Shown: in pieces, positions 9,834 to 16,892 of the stretch | Layout: each line of letters begins with the position of its first letter | How positions within the stretch are numbered: position 1 is the first letter of the stretch | Origin: Geotalea uraniireducens Rf4 | GTDB taxonomy: Bacteria > Desulfobacterota > Desulfuromonadia > Geobacterales > Geobacteraceae | Direction of reading: 5' to 3' | Assembly (NCBI RefSeq): GCF_000016745.1 | Contig: NC_009483.1 | Coordinates: 4,950,001 to 4,982,000, forward strand | DNA length: 32,000 nt | Program-made: the position numbers and the translations under genes | Notes under the pieces: model-generated | The model's input: the letters and a program-made list of their open reading frames with translations, nothing else | The model's database searches: none | Told to the model about the DNA's origin: nothing

Positions 9834-11981
9834 TCACTGCCGATGGCAGGCCCGCACCAACCGGATCTCTTCATAACTTATGACATCGGGGAGGCCGTCT
9901 TTGATCGCTTTCAGCGGACTGTTGCTCCCGACCTCCCTTATTTTTGCCTCGATCATCACCCTATGCCCGGCTGCGACCAGCCGGTCGATATCGACGGGTT
10001 TACCGGCCTGAATGAGCGCTTCCAGGTGGCCGACTACAGTAACTGCGGTCAGGCCGCGGCGGGCGGCAATCTCATCCTGATTCAGCCCCTCCTGATGGAG
10101 ACGCCAGGTTTCCAGGTGGGTATCACTCAGCCCTTCCTTGACAGACGGCGCCTGCGGCACGCCGGCAAGCGGCGCCGGTGCAAGACCGCAATGCTCGCGA
10201 ATTACCGCAAGAAAATCCGCTCCGTAGCGCCCCAGCTTGTGTACCCCCACTCCGCTGATGCGGAGCAGGGCCTCGGCATCATGAGGGCGCGCCAGGGCCA
10301 TTTCCGCCAGGGTGGCGTCACCGAAGACGACGAAAGGAGGAACGCCGGCATCGTCCGCCAGTTGCTTGCGCAGGGCGCGCAGTGACTGGAACAACCCTTC
10401 GTCGTATGCTCCGCCCGTTGCGGTGGTACGCGGCGCATTTTTCACCGGTATCGCCTTGGCCCTCGGCCTGGCAAGAGTCAGCCTCTCTTCGCCGCGTAAC
10501 AGCGGCCTGGCCTTCGCAGTAAGCTTGAGCACCGAATACGCGGCAAGGTCCTGCTCCAGGTAACCGAGATGCACGAGCTGGCGAAAAATGCTCCCCCAGA
10601 TATCGGAAGAGAGTCCCCGGCCGATGCCGTAGGTCGAGAGCTTATCATGGCCAAGCGTCTGGATGCGCTGGTTGTGTGAACCGCGCAGCACATCGATCAC
10701 GTGCCCCATGCCGAAGCGCTGTCCGACCCGGTAGACGCAGGAGAGCGCCTTCTGTGCCTCTTCCGTGGCATCGTACCGTTCGGGTGGCTTGATGCAGATG
10801 TCGCAGTTGCCGCAGTCTTCAGCCAGTGTCGCGCCGAAATAGCCGAGCAGCACCCGGCGGCGGCAGGTTACCGCCTCGGCAAAACCGACCATGGCGTTCA
10901 GCTTGTGCAGCTCGATCCGGTTCTGCTCCGCATTGCCGCCGTTTTCGATGAGGCTGCGGGCAACGGCAATGTCGCCGTAACCGAAGAGGAGCAACGCCTC
11001 GGCCGGGAGGCCATCGCGGCCGGAGCGGCCTGTTTCCTGATAATAGCTCTCGATGTTCTTCGGCAGGTCGTAATGGACCACAAACCGGACATTGGGCTTG
11101 TCGATCCCCATGCCGAAGGCCACGGTCGCCACCACCACCTGCAGTTCATCACGCTGAAACGCTTCCTGAACCCGCGAGCGCTCCCGGTCAGGGAGCCCGG
11201 CATGATAGGGGGCGGCTGCAATGCCGGCAGCAGACAAGCGTTCCGCCACCTCCTCCACCCGCTTGCGGCTCAAGGCATAGACGATGCCGGCTTCATCCCG
11301 CCCACGTCCAGCCAGAAACGTCGTCAATTGAACGAATGGCTTTTGCTTTTCCATGACCGTATAGCGGATATTGGGGCGGTCGAAGCCCGCCACGTGGCAG
11401 GCGGCCCCTTGCAGGCCAAGACGCTCGATGATGTCCCCCCTGGTCTGGGCGTCGGCGGTGGCGGTCAGGGCGATCATCGGCACCTGTGGGAAAAGCCGGC
11501 GGAGACGCCCGAGCTGCACGTATTCCGGACGGAAATCATGCCCCCATTGGGAAACGCAATGGGCCTCGTCGATGGCGAACAGAGCAATCTCCATCTCCTT
11601 GAGCCGTTCCAGAAACGGCTCCGACATCAATCGCTCAGGCGCCACGTAGATGAGGTCCAGCGCCTGGTTGTGCAGTTCAGCCAGCACTCGCCGCGCCTCC
11701 ACTTCGCCTAGTGACGAATTGTAAAAGGCTGCGCGCACGCCGTTGGCACGGAGGGCATCCACCTGATCCTTCATCAGAGAAATGAGCGGCGAGACCACGA
11801 TCCCGACTCCCGGCCGATGGAGCGCCGGGATCTGGTAACAGAGCGACTTGCCGCCACCGGTCGGCATGATGACGAAGGCATCGTCGCCGCGGATCAGTCC
11901 TTCAACGATCTCCTGCTGGGGCTGGCGGAAAGTGTTGTAGCCAAAGACCTTAAGCAGGGTCGCCTGTGGATTCTCATACAT
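9834..11981 (-). CDS. recQ: ATP-dependent DNA helicase RecQ with a C-terminal HTH-like extension
   Basis: LKVFGYNTFRQPQQEIV, motif I PTGGGKS, DEAHCVSQWGHDFRP, the zinc-binding CGNCDIC, then RQC and HRDC regions. About 100 further aa after HRDC look like a helix-turn-helix (NQDEIAARRGLTAVTVVGHLE). ATG 11981 has GGAG 8 nt upstream. The track start at 12056 would overlap the upstream gene by 11 nt. Confidence 0.92.
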   Translation of the reverse strand: MYENPQATLLKVFGYNTFRQPQQEIVEGLIRGDDAFVIMPTGGGKSLCYQIPALHRPGVGIVVSPLISLMKDQVDALRANGVRAAFYNSSLGEVEARRVLAELHNQALDLIYVAPERLMSEPFLERLKEMEIALFAIDEAHCVSQWGHDFRPEYVQLGRLRRLFPQVPMIALTATADAQTRGDIIERLGLQGAACHVAGFDRPNIRYTVMEKQKPFVQLTTFLAGRGRDEAGIVYALSRKRVEEVAERLSAAGIAAAPYHAGLPDRERSRVQEAFQRDELQVVVATVAFGMGIDKPNVRFVVHYDLPKNIESYYQETGRSGRDGLPAEALLLFGYGDIAVARSLIENGGNAEQNRIELHKLNAMVGFAEAVTCRRRVLLGYFGATLAEDCGNCDICIKPPERYDATEEAQKALSCVYRVGQRFGMGHVIDVLRGSHNQRIQTLGHDKLSTYGIGRGLSSDIWGSIFRQLVHLGYLEQDLAAYSVLKLTAKARPLLRGEERLTLARPRAKAIPVKNAPRTTATGGAYDEGLFQSLRALRKQLADDAGVPPFVVFGDATLAEMALARPHDAEALLRISGVGVHKLGRYGADFLAVIREHCGLAPAPLAGVPQAPSVKEGLSDTHLETWRLHQEGLNQDEIAARRGLTAVTVVGHLEALIQAGKPVDIDRLVAAGHRVMIEAKIREVGSNSPLKAIKDGLPDVISYEEIRLVRACHRQ

Positions 11982-12045
11982 ACTGCGTACTCCGTATAAA
12001 GCGGGGGAAATTGGTGCAGTTTCGTCTGTCTGACCCAAGTAACCG

Positions 12046-12378
12046 TCAGTATTCATCCTTAAGCTGTTTTTTAATGGTCGAAATCAAGAGTGCCACAACC
12101 AGGAGAAAAATCATGTCTTCAACACAGTTCCAGTACATGCGGGAGGTGCTGGTAAAGCTGGAATAATCGGAACCAATCCGCACACCCCCCGATGCCACGG
12201 CCATTGCAATTCCCCCGAACCTGCCGACATACCATGCCGCCAGGGCAATCGGAACCAGGTAAAAAATGAGCATCGAATAATCGCCGGTAATATAATCCGC
12301 GTAACCAACCAGGGCGACCAGCAGGAAGCACACCACAAGCACCAACCATTTGGGCAGTATGCCAAAAAACTTCCGCAT
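12046..12378 (-). CDS. Small integral membrane protein resembling a stand-alone DUF4118-type sensor membrane module
   Basis: Three or four hydrophobic helices. The segment 'IFLLVVALLISTIKKQL' and the general layout resemble the DUF4118 membrane domain of KdpD-type kinases. No output domain is attached. Confidence 0.5.
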   Translation of the reverse strand: MRKFFGILPKWLVLVVCFLLVALVGYADYITGDYSMLIFYLVPIALAAWYVGRFGGIAMAVASGGVRIGSDYSSFTSTSRMYWNCVEDMIFLLVVALLISTIKKQLKDEY

Positions 12379-12413
12379 GGGCGTTCTCCCTCCGTTAACG
12401 GCGATGTAACTGC

Positions 12414-13037
12414 TTATGATCTCTTTCTCGCATGGGCCGCCAATCTCCTGGCGATCCTGCCCATGATACGTTCTGTCACGTCCCGGAGGTACACCTTATC
12501 CTTCCTCCTCGCCCGATCCGTTTTAATCGGGGGATGTACCTCCACCAGGATGGTTCCGGCTCCCGGCCTCTTCTTCCCTTTCGGATAGACTGCGTAAGCA
12601 CCCGATATGGTGACCGGAATCATGATCGCACCGCTTGCCGCAGCCAGCAGGGCTGCACCCGGCTTCCCCTCATTCGGCAAGCCGGTCCGGGTCAGCCTCC
12701 CTTCCGGAAAGATGCCGAGCACCCCTCCCTCCTTAAGGATAGATAGAGCCTTACTGATGGCTTCCTTGTCGTTTCCGCTCTGGGCAACGGGAATCGCCCC
12801 GCATTTCCTGACAAACCACCCGAGCAGGGGGTGGTGATAGAAGGCGTGATGGATGAGGAAATGGACCTGGCGCCTGGTACAGAGTGCCAGCAGCATGGAG
12901 TCGAAATAGCTGGAATGGTTTGCGCAGAGAATCACCGGTCCGGCCGCAGGAATATGCTCCACCCCTTTTAACCGCAGAAGATGGAACATGCGCAAATAGA
13001 GGGCAAAGATTATGCGCAACAGGCGATACACCGGCAT
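12414..13037 (-). CDS. plsC: 1-acyl-sn-glycerol-3-phosphate (lysophospholipid) acyltransferase, PlsC family
   Basis: HX4D motif (CANHSSYFDS) and the FPEGRLTRTG motif. Its ATG directly abuts the TAG of the upstream MFS gene (TAGATG). Confidence 0.85.
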   Translation of the reverse strand: MPVYRLLRIIFALYLRMFHLLRLKGVEHIPAAGPVILCANHSSYFDSMLLALCTRRQVHFLIHHAFYHHPLLGWFVRKCGAIPVAQSGNDKEAISKALSILKEGGVLGIFPEGRLTRTGLPNEGKPGAALLAAASGAIMIPVTISGAYAVYPKGKKRPGAGTILVEVHPPIKTDRARRKDKVYLRDVTERIMGRIARRLAAHARKRS

Positions 13038-14279
13038 CTATTCCACGACCCTTCCCATGTCAGCCTCAATAAATCTTGTCGAGTAGAAGCAGAAAAAAGC
13101 GGCCGCCACGACGGCAACCGGGGCGATAAGGAGTGCCGCCCTTATCCCCCACATGTCGGAGCAGAAGCCGAGAATGGTCGGAGAAACCGCATCCCCCAAG
13201 GCATGGATGAAAAAGATATTGACGGCAAAAGCAGTGGCCCGCAGGGAAGGCATGGTGACGTTGACGATCACGGTATTGAGCGGACCGGTGTTGAAAAACA
13301 GGAAAAACTCGGCGACGAAGATGGCCGCAAGCGAGGCGGGAAGGGACGGGGCGATAATGGCGAGGGCGGCAACGGGAGCCCCAATGACAAAACCCCAGCC
13401 TGACACAAGCAGATAGCCCTTGGAGCTTTTCAGCTGAAACCGGTCGCCGAGCCAGCCGCCGGCCAGTGTGCCGCCGATGCCGGCCGCCACCGTGATGGCG
13501 CCGAACAGGGTATTGCCCCGCGCCACATCCAGCCCATGTACCCGGTTAAAGAAAGAGGGAACCCACTGGGCCAGCCCCCCGAGGGCAAAGGTCATGGCGG
13601 CCATGGCCAGGGTGGTGGTAACGAACGAACGGTTTCTGAGCAAAAGAGCGAAGGCGTTGTCGACGGGCGGGTTACTGCCCGTAGTCGGGATATGCACACG
13701 GCCCAGCCCCGGCTCGCGGAGGAAGTAGACGGGAAGGGCCAGCAGGAGTCCCGGTGCCCCGACTATGAGAAAGGCGGCGTGCCAGCCGAGACCCTGGCCG
13801 ATTACTCCCCCCAGGAGATAACCGAGTGCGCTGCCGACCGGTATCGCCAGGTAGAAATAGGCGAGAATCCGCCCGCGCCGCTCCTTGGGGAAATAATCGG
13901 CGATGAGTCCGGGTGAGACCGTGCCGAAGCTGGCTTCACCAACCCCGACCACGGTGCGGGCAGCCAGAAGTGTCCGGTAGCCCGGGGCGAAACCGGCAAG
14001 AGAAGTGGCCAGACTCCAGGTAACCAGACCGAAGGCGGCGAGGCGCGTCCTGCTGCCGCGGTCCCCCAGCCAGCCGAAGAACGGGGCGGAAACCATGTAG
14101 CAGAGCATGAAGGCGCTTCCCAGAAAGCCGAGGGCCGTATCGGAGAGGAGCAGGTCCGCCTTTATCAGCGGGAATACGGCGTAGAGCACCTGCCGGTCGA
14201 TGTAATTGAGGAGGTTGACCGCCAATAGAAGGGCCAGGGCGTAGCGGGAGTAGCGGCGGTTTTCTGAAGCATCGTTCAT
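13038..14279 (-). CDS. MFS transporter (12 predicted TM segments)
   Basis: Hydrophobic periodicity and MFS signatures (GWLGDRGSRTR between TM2 and TM3, repeated as GWLGDRF in the second half). Confidence 0.85.
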   Translation of the reverse strand: MNDASENRRYSRYALALLLAVNLLNYIDRQVLYAVFPLIKADLLLSDTALGFLGSAFMLCYMVSAPFFGWLGDRGSRTRLAAFGLVTWSLATSLAGFAPGYRTLLAARTVVGVGEASFGTVSPGLIADYFPKERRGRILAYFYLAIPVGSALGYLLGGVIGQGLGWHAAFLIVGAPGLLLALPVYFLREPGLGRVHIPTTGSNPPVDNAFALLLRNRSFVTTTLAMAAMTFALGGLAQWVPSFFNRVHGLDVARGNTLFGAITVAAGIGGTLAGGWLGDRFQLKSSKGYLLVSGWGFVIGAPVAALAIIAPSLPASLAAIFVAEFFLFFNTGPLNTVIVNVTMPSLRATAFAVNIFFIHALGDAVSPTILGFCSDMWGIRAALLIAPVAVVAAAFFCFYSTRFIEADMGRVVE

Positions 14280-14544
14280 CTGCGCTTTTACCTCGGAATG
14301 AAATGGCTACCGAAATTTCTACCAGAAAACCGGCGTGTTTGCTATTGAAAACTCGGACGTTCTTCACAGCGGCGCCTCTTGCAAGAAGTTGCAGGTGCGC
14401 TGCTCCTCCGAAATTACCTGTCATTCAGGTTGAATTCCGTAAGAGGCTCAAGGGTAACTGTTTTTAATGGAAAAGCACCCCTGATTCTGATAAGTACATG
14501 GTAAAGCAAGTTTGCTCCATTACTAACAAACCAAAGAGAACATA

Positions 14545-14750
14545 ATGAATACGCATCGGATCGAAAAAGAACTCTGGGAAGCCGCCGACCAGCTGCTGGC
14601 CAACTCCAAGGGAAGGATGTCGGCCAGTCCATCGACGACGCGATGGGGCGGATCAAGAACGAATACGAAATCCTCAAGGGAGCCCGCGACATGCTCCTCC
14701 CCAAGCTGATGTCCGGAGCGCTGGATGTAAGCACCCAAGGAGGTCGAAAC
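14545..14750 (+). pseudogene. Deletion scar of type I R-M hsdM (first ~22 codons) joined out of frame to the last ~35-40 codons of hsdS
   Basis: ATG 14545 opens MNTHRIEKELWEAADQLLANSK, an HsdM N-terminal signature. From about 14611, in a different frame, the sequence reads ...SIDDAMGRIKNEYEILKGARDMLLPKLMSGALDVS, a typical HsdS C-terminal helix. The frame started at ATG 14545 stops at TGA 14707-14709. Confidence 0.65.
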
Positions 14751-16388
14751 ATGAGCCAGGAAGGTCAACTCCTCGACAAGAAGTCACTGCGTACCGTCAC
14801 TGGTAACACAGCCAACTGGAAGGAACTTGCCAAGGACTGCATCGCCTTTGCCAATGCCCAGGGCGGGCGGTTGCTAATTGGCATTGAGAATAATGATGAC
14901 GTGCCGCCGGTGGAGCAACGCATCGATCCAGGCCTCCCCGACCTGATCCGCAGAAAGTTAGGAGAGCGGACGGTGAACGTAACCGTGCTGCCTGAAATCC
15001 GCCAAACCGACAATGGATCTGAATACATCGATCTGCAGATTCCCCGGTCGATGGCCGTGGCCTCGACGCCAGATGGCCACTACTTTCTGCGTGTAGCTGA
15101 CGAGAGCAAGCCGGTTGTGGGTGACGAAGTGATGCGGCTGGCTGCCGAGCGGTCGGCCCTTCCGTGGGAGACCCAGACGACCCTGCATGTCTCCCGTGGC
15201 GAGACGGACCCGCAGAAGCTGGCGACCTTCGTGGCCGGAATAAGGGCCTCGGATCGGGTAAAGGAGTCGGTAAAGGAAAAGAGCGAGGATGAACTGCTGG
15301 ACCACTATCTGCTGGCTTATGGCAAATGGCTGACCAACCTGGGGATTCTCTGTGTCGGTCGTCACCAGGATCGGGCACGGCTTGGCACCGCGCCGGTGAT
15401 CCAGTTCATAAAGTATGACGAGCAGAGGAAGAAGGTCAACAAGATCGCCTGGGATGACTTCAACCTGACGCCGATGGAGCTGATCGAGGCGGTTTGGCGG
15501 GAAGTACCGGACTTCCGCGAGCGCTACGAGCTGCCCGATGGTCTCTTTCGCCAGCATGTGCCGCTGTACGACGAAATCGTCGTCCGCGAGCTATTGGTAA
15601 ACGCTCTGGCGCACCGCCCCTATACCCAGAGGGGTGACATTTTCCTGAACCTCCACCCGGACCGGCTGGAGGTCGTGAATCCGGGTCTGCTGCCACTGGG
15701 TGTAACCCCGCAGAACCTGCTGCATACCACAGTGCGGCGTAACGAGCATCTGGCCAGGATATTTCACGACCTGAAGCTTATGGAGCGCGAAGGGAGCGGC
15801 TATGACAAGATGTACGAAGTCCTCCTCTCCCAGGGAAAGCCGGTGCCTGAGCCGAAGGAGGGGCCGGACCGTTTCGAAGTAACAGTGCGGCGGCGTATTC
15901 TCAAACCGCAGATTATCGACTTCATGGCCAAGGCGGACCAAACCTTCCAGCTGACACAGCGGGAGCGGATAGCCCTTGGCCTGCTGGCCCAGCATGAAGC
16001 CCTGACGGCACGGGAACTGGCCAAGGCGCTGGAGCTCTCGTCGGTCGATGTGCTGTCTCCCTGGATCAATCGCCTGCTGAGCTGGGGGCTTGTCCTGAGC
16101 AGCGGCAGAACCCAGGCGACACGCTATTTCGTCGATCCTGACGTGCTGCGGCGACTGGAGTTCCCTGCCAGTACGACACTCCAACGTATTGAGCCGCATC
16201 GCTTGCAGGCTCTTATTGTAGAAGACCTTAGCCGTTACCCCCGTTCGGCTGGTGGTGAGATCAATAGACGAATTGGGGCAGAGATCCCTTACAAGCAAGT
16301 TAAACGTGCCATTGATGCTCTCATTGCCGCACGACAGGTGCTGTTTGAGGGTGACAAACGTGGTCGGCGATACTGGCTGGCAAAGTGA
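14751..16388 (+). CDS. AlbA_2 (Schlafen-like 'divergent AAA') + HATPase_c_4 + winged-helix protein; putative DNA-binding/defence-associated, function unknown
   Basis: N-terminal CIAFANAQGGRLLIGIENNDD...YFLRV (AlbA_2-type). Central VRELLVNALAHRPY...VVNPGLLP...RRNEHLARIFHDLKLMEREGSGYDKM (HATPase_c_4-type). Two C-terminal wHTH-like segments. ATG 14751 has AAGGAGG (14737-14743) upstream. The track ORF start at 14643 is the hsdS remnant read in frame. Confidence 0.85.
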   Translation: MSQEGQLLDKKSLRTVTGNTANWKELAKDCIAFANAQGGRLLIGIENNDDVPPVEQRIDPGLPDLIRRKLGERTVNVTVLPEIRQTDNGSEYIDLQIPRSMAVASTPDGHYFLRVADESKPVVGDEVMRLAAERSALPWETQTTLHVSRGETDPQKLATFVAGIRASDRVKESVKEKSEDELLDHYLLAYGKWLTNLGILCVGRHQDRARLGTAPVIQFIKYDEQRKKVNKIAWDDFNLTPMELIEAVWREVPDFRERYELPDGLFRQHVPLYDEIVVRELLVNALAHRPYTQRGDIFLNLHPDRLEVVNPGLLPLGVTPQNLLHTTVRRNEHLARIFHDLKLMEREGSGYDKMYEVLLSQGKPVPEPKEGPDRFEVTVRRRILKPQIIDFMAKADQTFQLTQRERIALGLLAQHEALTARELAKALELSSVDVLSPWINRLLSWGLVLSSGRTQATRYFVDPDVLRRLEFPASTTLQRIEPHRLQALIVEDLSRYPRSAGGEINRRIGAEIPYKQVKRAIDALIAARQVLFEGDKRGRRYWLAK

Positions 16389-16391
16389 AGT

Positions 16392-16456
16392 TATCGGACA
16401 AAACGCACCGTATCTTGCCCTATTGGGCGATATCTGGGCGATAATGCAGCGATAAC
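16392..16456 (+). repeat. Direct-repeat copy A plus three 11-bp-phased GCGATA units
   Basis: TATCGGACAAAACGCACCGTATCTTGCCC is followed by TGGGCGATATC / TGGGCGATAAT / GCAGCGATAAC (16424-16456, period 11). An inverted copy, TTATCGCCCA, lies at 16479-16488. Confidence 0.7.
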
Positions 16457-16503
16457 TGTTTGAATAGTAACGATTTAATTATCGCCCATATTTATGCTTA
16501 TGG

Positions 16504-16740
16504 GTGATTTCTTGGACGATAGTGAATAGACTGGAGCAAATAATCATTAACCAGAATTCGATTGAAAACTCTAAAGACAGCGATCTGGCTGGTTCCTTCA
16601 ATGCCCTCCGCCGTGCCGCAAAACGTGCCCGGCAAGTAGCAGCACAAACCGGTACTTCCCTGATAGTCTGGCATGGCGATCAGATCGACCGGGTAACCGT
16701 TACGGATCAGGACGCGTTACCGAAGCAGACAACTGGATAA
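16504..16740 (+). CDS. Small hypothetical protein (about 72-78 aa), possibly a DNA-binding or antitoxin-like regulator
   Basis: Open frame with GTG starts only (16504 or 16522) and no convincing RBS. The basic helix ALRRAAKRARQVAAQTGTSLIVW resembles small orphan proteins I cannot place in a named family. Confidence 0.3.
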   Translation: MISWTIVNRLEQIIINQNSIENSKDSDLAGSFNALRRAAKRARQVAAQTGTSLIVWHGDQIDRVTVTDQDALPKQTTG

Positions 16741-16761
16741 CTGCGAAAACAACCCAGAAAT

Positions 16762-16815
16762 CTATAGGACAAAATGCTCCATATCTCCCAAGATCGGTCA
16801 ATAGAATGGGCGATA
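16762..16815 (+). repeat. Direct-repeat copy B
   Basis: TATAGGACAAAATGCTCCATATCTCCC...TGGGCGATA. It matches 22 of the first 28 positions of copy A, then after an ~11 nt insertion repeats TGGGCGATA at 16807-16815. Confidence 0.6.
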
Positions 16816-16892
16816 GATTTAACAAACCACCTGAAATTGCAGCATTTCTTATTGGCTCAAAACGGTCTATATCTAAGCAGTATGAGCTAAAG

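Noticed and set aside
9807-10385. 192-aa plus-strand ORF overlapping the recQ 3' end.
   Set aside because: It is antisense to the well-supported RecQ HRDC/HTH region, and its composition is not protein-like.
14376-14405. Palindrome CTTGCAAG and the direct repeat TTGCAAG/TTGCAGG upstream of the MFS gene, as a possible operator.
   Set aside because: It is short and isolated, with no convincing promoter context that I could define by eye.
14425-14445. tRNA T-loop-like string GGTTGAATTCC near the left edge of the island, a possible att or tRNA fragment.
   Set aside because: No flanking acceptor or T-stem complementarity, no matching repeat at the other island edge, and no integrase.
14643-14750. 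N-terminal extension of the AlbA_2 ORF, using the track start at 14643.
   Set aside because: The extension is the in-frame C-terminus of the hsdS remnant. ATG 14751 has a near-perfect SD at the right distance. A fusion product is still not formally excluded.
16774-16890. 38-codon ORF (MLHISQDRSIEWAIDLTNHLKLQHFLLAQNGLYLSSMS) and the 32-codon ORF 16806-16904 inside repeat copy B, upstream of hsdR.
   Set aside because: No RBS and no recognisable family. The region is better explained as a diverged repeat and the hsdR 5' leader.
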